From Cetorhinus maximus (taxonomy: Eukaryota), in NCBI RefSeq assembly GCF_964194155.1, contig NC_135886.1, forward strand, positions 5,146,001-5,210,000: DNA of 64,000 nt. The letters run 5' to 3'. The notes below the pieces were generated by a model. The model was not told the DNA's origin. It ran no database searches and saw nothing but the letters and a program-made list of their open reading frames with translations. The first letter of the stretch is position 1; the number at the start of each line of letters is the position of its first letter. Made by a program: the position numbers and the translations under genes. Shown in pieces: positions 26,341 to 39,200 of the stretch.

Positions 26341-26586
26341 ATGTCCACGAAAAGCAAAAAGACTGCAGCCCCCAGATTCAGTGACACGTCACTGGTATGC
26401 CTTTTGGGTGCCGTGGAGGCCGCTGTGATGTCCTCTACCCACACTCTGGCTGGCTGCAGGATGGGCAGTGGCGTGACCAACCAGGCTTGGGAGGCAGTGG
26501 CAGTGGTGGTCAGCGCCAGTGACCTTCAAAAGAGGACAGCCACCCAGTGCTGCAAGAGGATGATTGATCTCCTCCGTTCCGCCAGG
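26341..26586 (+). pseudogene. Harbinger Myb/SANT-like DNA-binding protein, exon 1 (frameshifted)
   Basis: APRFSDTSL..LLGAVE...AWEAVAVVVSA...RTATQCCKRMIDL, donor AGG|gtgagt. Confidence 0.8.
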
Positions 26587-26711
26587 GTGAGTCATTACTC
26601 TCAACTCACACACTCACAAACCCATCACACATCCATAGGGCTCTCACTCGTCATTGATTAAAGGGATATCACCATTCACTCTCTCTCCCACACCTTCATT
26701 GTCCTCATCCC

Positions 26712-26930
26712 GTCCATGGGACCTTATCAAAAGCCTTGCTGAAGTCCAAGTAGACTATGTCAAATGCATTGTCCTCATCTGCACACCTGGTCACCTCTTC
26801 GAAAAATTCAATCAAATTGGTCAGACATGACCTCCCCTTAACAAAACCATGCTGACTGTCCTTGATTAATCCCTGCCTCTCCAAGTGTAGATTCATTCTG
26901 TCCCTCAGAATTGCTTCCAATAGTTTCCAG
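26712..26930 (-). mobile_element. Internal CR1 RT fragment nested in the Harbinger
   Basis: SQHGFVKGRSCLTNLIEFFEEVT...YLDFSKAFDKVP. Confidence 0.9.
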
Positions 26931-28230
26931 TAGGTGTCTGGCACTCGGAGGGCTGCTGAAGGCCAGAAATTTGCTGAGTCTGAGTCAGATGATGAGCCTC
27001 TGGACTCGGTTATGTCACAGTTGCTGGAGCTGCAAAGGCAAGCTCGGGAACATCAGGAAGGGATGTCTGCTACACTCCTCAGATTGTTTAGACACAATGG
27101 AGGAGTCTGTCAACCTTCAGGCTGTGATGCCAGTGCTAGAATGCCAGCGCACCGAGGCCAACATTGGCAGGATGATGGCCGCCATGGAGATCTTGGTCCA
27201 GGACATTGCTCCTGCGCTGCTGTGTAGGCTGAACTTCATCACTGATGCCATAGTTGGCGTCGAACAGTGTGTATGCAAGAGGGGTGCAGGCAGCTTGATC
27301 TCACTCCAGCTACCCCTTCTCCTCAAGAAGTCAGCCACGGGCCCCCGGGCACCCATAGGGAAGAGGATCTGCAGGTGTCCCCCCCCCGGGTCCATCCACC
27401 CAGGTGAATCCAGGAGTGTTCGACCCATCCAAATCCCTTCTTCCTGTGACCTCAGCAGCTCCAGCTCCACAGGCCGCGGAGAGTGCCAGCGCTACACAGC
27501 AGGACCCCAAAAGCAGGCCTGGGCCCCCCAGGTCTTGGCCCTCCAGAGGATGCCCACCAAGGTCATCACAGACAGGGTATAGCAGTCAGCAGGCTGCCTC
27601 CAGCTCTGCTGTGTATGTCCAGGGAGCACCAAGATGCAGTGGCAGGTTTAGGAAAGTTAAGAAAATGTAGTTACTCAGCCTGGGCACGGGTGTTAATTAC
27701 TTGTACACACAGTTCACTATTGTCAATAAACTCCCAAGAATGTCTCCCTGTCTATGGCTCCTTGTTCTGATGAGCAGTGTTCTTGTCACTCAGATGTGAA
27801 ACCTTTCTGCACAAGATTAAGGCAGGTGTGTCAGTCCAGAGCCTCTTCCCTGTGCTCTGTGTAGCCTTCAGACCAAAGTGATGGTCCGGCCTCACACTCC
27901 CCGGATACATTACTGATGCCTGCACCTCGGTGGTGCTTGACATTGCTGCCAGAATGGAGTGGGCAGGCATCACAGAGTTCTGAGATTCTCTCTGTGTGCT
28001 CTAAACACCCTTAAGGTGGGGCTGACCCCCATCTCTTCAGCATCTGTGACTGGTGGCGCTTTGCTCCTGAAGGGTTCAGGTGCTGAAGGCGGACAAAGGA
28101 TCAAATGCTGCTAATGTTTCATGGCTGCGTCTCTATGATTTGTCCCTGCTGACAGACCATACGTGAGCTGCCCTTGGCCAGACAGGAGTCAGACGTTGTC
28201 AGAGGCTATGTGAAGATGTATGGAGTGCCC

Positions 28231-29260
28231 TCACTGCATGTCATCCCCAAATCTAGCAGCCATGAGGGCCTACCTAGCGCACCTGCCTTGCCTGGCCATT
28301 GTGAGGGCCTCATCTCTGTCATTGCCCCCTCTGAGGACCTCCTCACCCTTATTCCCGTTGGCGTCCTCCTCATCAGAGGAGACCTCCAGCTCCTCCATCT
28401 TCTCCTCAGCCAGCTCCTCTCCCCGTTGCAGCGCCAGGTTGTAAAGGGTGCAGCGGACAATGACGATGTGTGACACCCTCTGTGGACGGTATTGCAGGGC
28501 TCCACCAGACCGGTCCAGGCACCGGAACCTCATTTTCAGCACCCCAATGGTTTGCTGCACCAAGTTGCGAGTTGCAGCATGAGCCTCGTTATACCGTCGC
28601 TCTGCTGCAGTCTGAGGCCACCACATGGGTGTTAACAGCCACGGCCTCTGTGGGTAGCCCTTGTCCCCGAGGAGCCAACCCTGCAGCTCCTGTGGACCCT
28701 GGAAGACGTCAGGGATCTGTGACCAACTGACCTGCCGGATGCATTTGTGGTGGTCGCACACCAGATGCGCATTCAGAGAATGAAAACCCTTGCGGCTTAT
28801 ATAGTTGGCTGCCTGTTGTGACGGAGATCTGAGCGCCATGTGAAAGCAGTCGATGGCACCCTGCACCTGTGGGAAACCCAAAATCTGGGCAAATCCAATT
28901 GCTCTTGCATACTGGCTGCCCTGGCCATGGGCAAAATGCTTAAAGTTGCGTGACCTCATGGATGCAATTGTGGGTGGAGGCTTGTGATGTGCCACAGCGG
29001 TTACCTGTGGATCACTGAAAGGAACCACTGGCGTAGAAATTGAGTGCCGCTGTCACTTTCACAGCCACTGGCAGTGGATCCCCTCCATGTCCCCCTGACA
29101 CCAAATCCTGCAGCAGGTGGCAGATATGATCAACCTGTTCTCTAGACAGGCGCAGTCTTCGGCAACACTGGTTCTCAGTCATCTGCAGGGATGAAAGGCG
29201 TTGCCTGTAGAGCCTTGGTCTAGCTCGGCGCTGACCAGACTCCATGATCCTGATGTACAC
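28231..29260 (-). pseudogene. Harbinger (HARBI1-like) DDE transposase, inactivated
   Basis: [57 protein letters not shown]. The PGSxHD segment is missing, the expected catalytic Glu reads Gln (VQQTIG), and the frame is broken. Confidence 0.92.
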
Positions 29261-30796
29261 CTCCTGCAGGATGAGAGTGAGACTTGTGGGTTAGCATGGG
29301 TGTACTCAGAACCTGACTTGGTTCAGTCTGAAGGCTCCTTAGCGCATCCCGGAGAGTGCTGGCCAGGACTTGGATGGCCAGAGATTAGTGCGTTGCATGG
29401 CTTCCCTAAATCCCACACACCCCCGCCCCAAACCACCAAACGTTTGGCAGCAGCTTTGCCTATTGGACTGCAGGCTGTGCTCTCAGCTCAGGCCCAGGCA
29501 TTCTCCAAACCCGCACTGCAAGGCTGCACTGTTAGCTTGAACCATGGGGGAGACTGGTTCAAACCGGGATGCTGATGTTGCAAGGGGCTGTGAGAGTTTC
29601 CAGCCGTGACTGCTCCATGGCCAACTTTAGCGAGGAGATTGTACAATGTACCCAGTCGTCCAACTGTTCTGCAGTCCATGAAAATGCTCATGACTTTGCA
29701 GTCTGTGCCCGGGGGCTGAGAAGTTCTGGAGCACTTGGTGGCACTTTGATGCCTCTGTGCTGCTTGACTGGGCAGATAAGCTAAAGGCCCGGCTCCAACT
29801 ATATCAATGTGGCTGAACCTGAAGTGTCTCAGCTGCAGAGGAATGCTCACTTTATATAAGGTTTCCCTCATGTGTGGTTGCTTCTCTCACCCATCCCCAC
29901 CCTGCACGTGCTTATGCGCTACCTTCAACTGCAGGGCAGCCCTTGCCCACCACCCCTCTCAACACGTCTCAACCACGAAGTCCTACAGGTGACCTGGGCG
30001 AGCGCTCCTCAACGTTACTGTCCATTCACCTCCGAGTTCCCCTCAAAGTGCAGCCCGCCAAGTGCTTGCCTTTTATATGCTGTTGTGAAACACATCAGTG
30101 CGATTGCTGGTGGGCGGACGGTCCAGCAGAGGGGGACGATTCCGGTGGGCTGGCCTTATAATGATATGCTGATGTATTCCAATGAGGTTCCTGATGTCCG
30201 ATGGCGGGAAATGCAGCCCGCCATTGGCGGGCGGAGCAGACGATCGCAAACTGGTTTCGTGACGTCGTGAAACTGATTTTTGGCCTCCTCGCCATATTGT
30301 CTGCTCACGCCACCGAACACGCTCAACACCAGCGGGCACGGACAATCCCAGCCAGGGGCCTGGAGGTTTCATGAGATTGTACTGTTTCTCAGCGCATTTC
30401 ATCCAAAATCGGACAAGCCAGGGCAGCGGATTGAGGACAGTCTGGCAGATGCGGCCAGTTTTTATTGGTTCACTTTGAAAACTTCCCCTCTCTCCTTTTC
30501 AGGCTGCCACTCTTTCACTGCTGGAGGGGCTCCTACTGGTCCTCCAGTGTAAGGAACCCACCCACCTGCTGTCCTCCATTGGGCAGTGAGCTCAGCCCCT
30601 GGACACCAAGTGGCCTTCCATGCAAAAATTGTAAGGGGCGTCAAGTGCCAACATGATGAGGGGTTGGGACCTGGAAACGGATCCAATGTCCGGGTCCCAA
30701 ATCAAAAACAAAATTCTGGCTCCATTTGTTTGGAAAATGTTGGAATCCATTATTAATCCATGAAAGGGTTCTTAGAAAAGTACGTGATTTTTAAAG

Positions 30797-31188
30797 AAGT
30801 TATTCTTTTAATGGGACGTGGGCGTAACTTGCATGGCCAATATTTGATGCCCATCCCTAATTACCCTTGAACTCAGTTGCTTGCTGGGCCATTTCAGAGG
30901 GCAACCTTATTACTGTGGATCTGGAGTCACATGTAGGCCAGACCAGCTAAGGATGGCAGATTTCCTTCCCTAAAGGGCATTAATGGACCCAATGGATTTT
31001 TATGGCAATCAATGATAGTTTCATGGTCACCATTACTGAGACTAGCCTTTCAATCCTAGACTTATTAATTGTTTGAAATTTGAATTGCACAAAATGTTGT
31101 GGTGGGATTTGGATTGTGTCCTTAGAGTATCAGACTGGGCTGCTGGATTGCTAATTCACTGACATTACCACTATGCCATCATCTCCCC
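30797..31188 (-). mobile_element. tRNA-derived SINE, full length
   Basis: Reverse complement of the 62321-62702 family; head ggggagatgatggcatagtggtaatgtca. Confidence 0.8.
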
Positions 31189-31191
31189 AAA

Positions 31192-32282
31192 ATGGAATTA
31201 AGCCAAGTTAACATGGATTTACGAAAGGGCAACTGTGTTTGACAAATCTATTAATAGAGTTTTTTTGGTTATAACTCATAGGGTAGACAAATGGGAAGCA
31301 ATGGATGTAATATATTTTGGATTTCAAAAGGCATTCAATGAAGTTACTTATGGGGTTTGGGTAATATATCCTCATGAATAGAGGATTTGAGAAAGGACAG
31401 AAAACAGAGACTAGCAATAAATAGATAATTTTCAGCTTGGCAGTCTGTTACTAGGGGGTATCACAATGATTAGCATTGGGTCCTCAGCTATTTATATAAT
31501 GGCTTAGCTGAAGGAGTTAAGTGTATCCAAGTTTGCTGATAATACAAAGCTAGGCGGGAAAGTAAGTTGTGAGGAGGATAAAAGTGTCTACAAAGAGATA
31601 TTGACAGGTTAAGTGGTGGGCAAGAAGGTGGCAAATGGCGAATAATTGGGGAAATGTGAAGTTATTCATTTAGGCAATAGTTTAGAAAAAACAGAATATT
31701 TTTAAAATAGTGACAAAGTATTAAATGTTGGTGCTTGGTGAGACTTTAGTGCCCTTGTGCATGAAACACAGAAAATTAACCTGTAGGTACAGCAAATAAT
31801 TAGGAAAGCAAATAGTATGTTGGCCTTTATTGCAAGGAGGCAGGAGTACAAGTGTAAGGAAGTTTTGCTGTGGGCTTTGGGGAGACCACCCTGGAGTACT
31901 GTGTACATATTAAGGATATTAAGGATATACTTGTCTTAGGATGGTGCAGCAAAGTTTACTTGAGTAATCCCTGGGATGAGTGGGTTAGCCTTTGAGGGGA
32001 AATTGAATAGAATTGATATATATTCTCTGGAGGTTAGAAAAATGAGAGGTCATCTCATTGAAACACAGAAGATTCTGAGATGGGTGACAGATGCTGTGCA
32101 GTTGCATCCCCTGGGTGGAGAGACTAGAACTAGAGGCCATGTAGTCTCAGGGTAAGAGACCAGCTTTTTAGGACTGTGATGAGGAGAAATTCCTTCAATC
32201 AGGTGGCTGTGAATCTTTAGAAATCTCTAACTCAGAGAGCTGTGAATGTTCAATCATTAAATATATTCAAGGCTGAGATGAG
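31192..32282 (+). mobile_element. Old CR1 LINE fragment
   Basis: Degenerate HGFTKG..CLTNL, YILDFKRHS (expected YLDFQKAF), SKFADNTKLG; many indels. Confidence 0.85.
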
Positions 32283-33399
32283 TTTGAGTGGAAACTCGAG
32301 CAAAGATATATTTCTAAAAGCTAGCGCAATTTTGAGCACAATTTGCAGCTAGATCACAGAAAATATTCAAAGTGGAAACTCTACCCCCGGGAACCTTGTT
32401 GAGGCAGAGCAGAGAGGATTTCATTTTTCATTTGAGGATGCTGGACCTAACTTTACAGTCCTCAATATATAAAATATTTCGATCCTCTGCATTGTTAACT
32501 CTCGCCTTGACCTGAATATAAATTCAATCCAAGACCAAGGCAAAGAAGGCCATTTTGAGACTCTGGACAGTCCATTATTGGACTGTGCCAGTGGAGACTT
32601 GCAAAAGGAACTGTTTCGTATGAAATGGATAAGAGAAGTGGCATTGTTAGTCCTGAATATTTTTGTGCGGCCTGGTAATCGTGTCTCATTGATGCCTGTG
32701 GTGATGAAGCTAGAAACCTTCTCCAGCTGCGTTGATTGTATTGAAGCAGCAGGCGATGAAGAAATAGAAATAAGTTCAAATAAATTACAGAACTGCAGTG
32801 ACCTCTTCCACAAATCAGTTAAAGCACTTTTTTTTAATGAGCAGCATTCATACATTAGTTTATTGAAAAACAATTAACTTTACAATAGGAGGTGACTAAA
32901 TATTAGGCAGAATAATACAGTTTATTTTGAGGACAAGTTTGCAATATCAACAGTTATGGAACACAAAAAATAGATCATTATGAAGCTAAAACCTGACTGC
33001 GCACTTCTGGCAGAGAGCCTCACCCACTTGGAATGTGACATCAAAAGTGTGCGTATTGTGCAAGCACATAACTTCCTGACCATTACTTTAAAGGATTGGA
33101 GAAGCATGCCTGAATCCCCAGCGAGGCTTCCCCAGCTGCTGAGCCTCGGTGTCAAAGAGCGAAATCAGAAAATGACATCAGACGTATACTCCATGAAATT
33201 CTGTGGTTTTCTCCCAAGATTCCACCGTAACCTTAACGAGGTGTTGGGGACAAATGCTGCGCAGTTACTGCTGGAGGTCAGGACCCCTGAAAAATTTCCA
33301 GTCCACGATATACATTGGAAGTGCCAACATATTGAATGGAAAAAAAATGCAATTTAGTTGTCAACACCTAGGGCTGATGAACTGGTGCTTTGACAAACT

Positions 33400-33972
33400 T
33401 TTCCATTGTTAATCTGCAAACATTTATTGTGTAAAAGCTAACCATAGCTATCAGTGTTGTGGCGTCAGTTTAAACTGATAAGTCTAGAAATTGCAGTCAG
33501 AATGAGACTCTAAATTCGGTAATGGGAACAGAACTGTGGAGCTATGGTACAGTTGTTGCTGTAATAATTCATCTTTCAGGCACAAATCTTCCCCATTGGA
33601 AAGTTTCAATGAGAAGCCTGACTTTAAAGCTGCATAGATTCAAATATTGTTTCCACATTCTATGTTTCTGGCATGGTTGGAACTATTCAGCCCTCCTCTT
33701 TGTCATTGTGGGTTGAACTAGCCTTGTTGGTAGTTTCAAATTGCACCTATTTGCAATATTTACCCTGCACTGGGTCGTCGTGACCCTTAAAGAGAGTGAG
33801 TGAGTTTCAAAGAACATAGCAGTTTTTGCATAATATTTCGCAGTCTGTCCATGCCACACATGTGGTGAATAAGGATTCAATGAAGGTAGTTTTGCTGTTC
33901 GGTTGACTGAAATTTTCCAATGCACTGAAGGTCCTGATGTCATAGTCATGTAAAGTTACAGATCCTATTAAC
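33400..33972 (-). other. Candidate non-coding terminal (3' UTR) exon of gene B
   Basis: Strong acceptor ttgtttttcaatttccag|G at 33972 and AATAAA at 33428-33423; gene B exon 4 has a gtaagt donor after its stop that needs a partner. No transcript evidence. Confidence 0.4.
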
Positions 33973-36216
33973 CTGGAAATTGAAAAACAAAGGATGTTTC
34001 AAATATGACAATACAGTACGCAAACTTTGTGTTCAGAGTAAATCTGTGCTTTCGTTATAACACAGTCATTTTAAAGGAAAATTGAAAGTACTGAATTAAG
34101 GGAATGCGTTAAGAGAAAGGATCAGTTTTAACTGTAACACAAACTGAAAATTCAGACTCTTTCTTTTTCTGTGCTCATTAGGGATTGAAACCAACATGCT
34201 TGGCAATAAGAACCTTTTCTCCCTTCTATCAATATCATATTATATAATCCTATCTAGGCTCTGCTCTTCTGAAACTGGGTCAATGTGCACTGTCAAGGCA
34301 GATTACAGAAGAACTCACTTTTTAGTGCCCACTGCCGACAGCAGGAGAGCAACATGGAGAAATAGTTAGCGGTAGGTTGAGTGACTTCCTCCTTTGATGT
34401 ATCACTCTGATTCTATGGTAAGATCACTGAGCACATCGCCAGTGGCATTGGACTGGATTTTAACTTTTCAACCTGCCGGCAGTGGTGTCAGGGAGGTTCA
34501 GAAACCCATTTGTCAGTAGCTTCTCAAAGCAGCCATTACATTATCATCTAACTTCCAGATTTCTCAGCAATTAGCCCGAGTGGGTGTGATGGTGACTATT
34601 TGCCTATTTCAGCTCAACTATTTAAAAGGACCCTGAGAGGATGTGATTTGAAGCAACTGGACAGGTGCTTAAACAGAGTCAGAACCTGGAGCTGCGGACT
34701 CACAACGTCACAAGGAAGCACCAAACTTCACTGATACCCCCCTGGAGATGATGCTTTAGGTTGGAAGGGGCCTGTTATGAGTTTCTGTTACTTGCCGATG
34801 GGAGGGAGAAGCCTGGTGTAGAGGTGTGTTCGAAAGTCACTGAGGAGATGAGCAGGACTGGGACACTCCTTCTGCTGGGAGTGGTTTAATGATCTAATCA
34901 GGACGGGAAGGTGAGTGACATGGCACATTCAAATATACCTTGATCTGTGTACCCCTTACTCTGCCTTCCCAAGCCTTCTCCAGTACCCATCCCTCTCTGT
35001 CCATGCACCTCCTCACACCCCATCTGACCATCCACCACTGATACCCATCCCCACCATAATACAATACCATACCCATCCCTCACAGTGATCCTCCACAAAT
35101 GGCTTTCTATCCTTACAACACCAGGCCAGTTAGCCTAACATCTGTCAAAGGGAAAATGTTAGAAGGTATTATTAAATATGTTATAGCAGGGCACTTAGAA
35201 AAATTCACGGCAATCAGGCAGAGTCAACCTGGTTTTGTAAAAGGGAAATCATGTTTAATCAATTTATTGAAGTTCTTTCAAGGAGTCACATGTACTGTGG
35301 ATAAAGGGGAACTGGTGGATGTACTGCTCTTAGTTTCCCAGAAGGCATTTGATAAGGTGCCACATCAAAGGTTATTTCAGAAAATAGGAGCTCATGGTGT
35401 AGGGGGAAACATATTGTCATGGATAGAAGATTGGCTAGCTAATAGGAAACTGAGATTTGACATAAATGGGTCTTTTTCTGATTGGCAGGATGTGGTGAGT
35501 GGTGTGCCACAGGGCTCAGTGCTGGGGCCTCAACTTTTTACAATTTATATAAATGACTTGGATGAAGAGACCGAAGGAATGGCTGCTAAATTTGTTGGTG
35601 ACACAAAGATAGGTAGGAAAAGAAATTGTGAAGAGGACGTATGGAGGCTACAAAGTGACATAGATAGGTTAAGTGAATGGGCAAAGATCAGGCAAATGGA
35701 GGTTAATGTGAGCAAATGTGAAGTTTTCCATTTTGACAGGAAGAATAAAAAAGAAGCTTATTATCTAAATAGTGAGAGATTGCAGAGCTCTGAGGTTCAG
35801 AGGGATCTGGGTGTCCTAGTGCATGAATCACAAAAGGTTAGTATGCAGGTGCAGCAGGTAATTAGGAAAGCTAATAGAATCTTATCATTTAGCGTGAGGA
35901 GAATTGATTACAAAAGTCGGGAGGTTATGCTTCAGTTGCACAGGGAATTGGTGAGACCACACCACTGTATTGTGTACAGTACTGGTCTCCTTATTTAAAG
36001 AAAGATGTAAATACGTTAGAAGCAGTTCAGAGAAGGTTTACTAGACTAATACCAGGAATGGACGGGTTGTCATATGATCAAAGGCTAGACAGGTTATGCT
36101 TGTATTTAGAAGAGAAAGAGGCAATCTAATTGAAGCCTTTAAGATCCTGAGGGTTCTGGACAGGGTGGATGTGGAGAGGATGTTTCCTCTTTGGGAGAAT
36201 CTAGAACTAGGGGGTC

Positions 36217-39200
36217 CATAGTATTTATGGCTTTATTTAGTGTGTAATGTACCTTTAAGAATAACGCTTATTAGGAAGAATCACATGATCTGTAGTAACG
36301 AATAGGAGAATAGCGTGGGCTAGTGGCAGTGTAGAGATAGAGTGGGAGTTGAAAGCACACATGTAGGTGCTGCTGAGTATGTTGTAAATAAGCTTAATTG
36401 GGAGGATTTTCCCTTGTCAGGCGGGCGTGGTGGGCAGGCCCAGGGAATGGCCGCACAATGGCCCTCTGCCTGTGATCAGGCCCCGACCGCGATTTCATGC
36501 TGGCTGGTCAATTAACGGCCAGAAAGCGTGAAATGCACACTGATAACCTCAGCACTGCCTCTGTGGGGGTGCTGGAGGAGCCTGAGCGCTGAGGTGGGTG
36601 CCTGTGCGAGGGTGAGCTCAGGGAAAACCCCCTGAAGGCACAGAGCTGCCTCAGGGAGTTGAAGATTTTTAACATTAAAAATAAAGATTTTAAAAATAAG
36701 GCAAACATGCCCCCTCATGTGACTCTAACATGGGAAAAATGAGTTTTAAAAATTTTTATTGGTTTTTTAAATCGCTGTTCGAAACCTCATCCCATCCGTG
36801 GATGAGGTTTCGCCAAAAATGCAAAGGCCGCTTGGCCTATTCACCCACCGGGTGGGGAAAAATTCACTTCAATTAATTGATTAATGAGCTTAACAGCCCT
36901 CTCATTTGTCGCCGGGCGCGCTGCTGACTCTCGCGCGTGCCCGCTGACCAAAATATGACGCAGGGATGCTCGCCTGACGTCATTGCTCACTATTTTACAC
37001 TCCTGCATGTAGGGCGCGTGCCCGCACACCGAGCTGACAATCCTGCCCAATGTTTCCACCCAGGAAATGTCTGCAGTTCAACTCTATTACTAATAGTATA
37101 ACTGGGCCACCCTTACAACAACCAGGCGATGAGGATTGGATAGGATTCAACAGAAGAAATCAAGTTAGAAAGAAGTCAGCACTGTACCTCGCCCAGTGAT
37201 TGTGAGCAGCAAGCTCCGTTAGAATTGAAAAAGTTACCCTCTCTTGAAATGCCACAATTTGGGAGAACTGATCCTTTTGAACCAGCCACAGACGATTGAT
37301 CTCAATACGTAGAACGCCTCACGTTCTTTTTTCAAGCAAACGAGATTACGGGGGAAGAGAAGAGGCGAGTGATCCTCTTGAGTATTTGTGGGACCAACAC
37401 CTACGGTTTGATTCGAAATTTGATGGCACCCAGCGCCCCAGATTCTAAGAATTTTGATGGATTGGTGGACCTCGTGAAGGGTCACTTTCAACCCAAGCCC
37501 TCAGCCATGATGCAGAGGTTTAGGTTTAATTTGTGAAATAGAGCCCCGGCTGAGACAATTGCATGCTACATGGAAAAGTTGAAGCAGCTAATGGAACATT
37601 GTGAGTTCGGTATGACTGTGAACGACATACTCAGAGATTGTTTAGTGTGTGGTGTGAAAGAGGACGCTATTCAGAAAAAAATTACTGTCTGAAGTGAATC
37701 TGGATTTTAAGAAGGTGCTGGAGCTAGCACTGGCCATGGAAAGCACAGCAAGAGATTCAAAAGCAATGCAGGGCGCACCAAATGGCGCCGTCCTCCAGAT
37801 CAGGTGGGAAACCTCAGCTGAAAGAGATGCGAAAAAGCGAGACTCTGGCGAGAAGTGGGAAACAGCTCCCGCTAGCTGAAGAATAAAAAAAAAATAACTT
37901 AGCAGTGAGATCGAAAAATCATTTTGATAGAGGTGGAAGCAATCCATCTTTTAGCAATTGGCAGTTTAAAAAAATCGAATGCTACTATTGTCACAGAAAT
38001 GGACATATGATGGGGTAGTGCAAGGAAAGATACAAGCAGGTTTGTAAACAAAAGAAGAAGCACAATGAAATCTACAATGTAGAAGAGCCTGGTCCAGCAA
38101 ATGCTGACATATATTCGTTGTTTAATCCGAAAGGTAGAAAGACAGAACCAATATTTGTCACAGTGAAAGTAAATGGCAAACCTGTTAGAATGGAAGTGGA
38201 CACAGGAGCTTCCACTACAGTAATTGGGGAACATACCTTCAGATATTTGAATAACGGTGAACATCAATTAAGCTTAGAACAAGCCGCCAAGCTAAAAACA
38301 TATACAGGTGAAGACAGTCAAGTAAAAGGCATAAGCAGAGTAACTGTCCATTATGGAAGCCAATCAGCAAAGCTACCAGTGTTAGTATTGAGAGGCAGAG
38401 GATCAAGCCTTCTAGGGCGAATTTGGCTAAGGGAAATCAACCTTGATTGGCCACTGGGATTCCAAAAGGAAGCTGGAAGCGTTCCTGTTTTGGAAAAGGA
38501 GTGTGTAAGGTCTCAACAACCTGAAGAAATGCAGGCTGTCTTAAGCCAAAACCTGGAAGAACAGCAGAAGGAACTCAAAGGGACCCTGCTTGGTGACAAA
38601 GTTCAAGACAAAGTGAACAACTTTCGCAGGGAATAAGAAAAGCTGATGAAAGACCTTCACACACGACAAGATTCCCTCAGGTCAAAGTTTATACCTCTGG
38701 AAAAGTCTGAAGAGAACAGAGAGAATTCAGTACTTCCCTGAACATACTGAAGAATGAGTTGGTAGAGAAGACACAACAATGCACAATTTTCCAGGAGGCA
38801 GCAAACAAATACAAAACAGAGACGGAAGAGCTGGAGAATCAGCGAAATGAAGCCAAAGAGGCTTTGGAAGCAAAAGTTGCAGAATTTTCCAAGAAGCAGA
38901 CAGATAATGAAAGTTTGGGAGACTCAGCCACTGAGTTCAGACAAGTTGAGCTTGCATCTGAGAGAAGTGTGGCCAATGGTGAAGTCAAAAAGAAGGCGGA
39001 GATTAAAGTCTGTGCTAGAAAGAAGAAGGCATGTAAAAAGGAGATAGAGAAATACTAATAGGGCCTTAATCCTGGCAGCATATGAATACACTTTCGTACA
39101 AAGGCCTGGCAATCAAATCACAAACACCAATGCCAAAGTCATTTGCTTTTACAAGAAAATGATGAGCACGTCCCAGTTCCACAGGAACTTATTTTACTGT

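Larger units (their letters stand above)
26064..30353. mobile_element. PIF/Harbinger DNA transposon, two convergent genes, defective
   Basis: Imperfect TIRs gggcggaatcgtcc / ggacaatcccagcc; Myb/SANT gene on plus, DDE transposase on minus. Confidence 0.92.

Noticed and set aside
28231-29260. Host HARBI1 gene
   Set aside because: Lies between TIRs with a partner Myb gene and has deletions and a catalytic substitution: a dead transposon.
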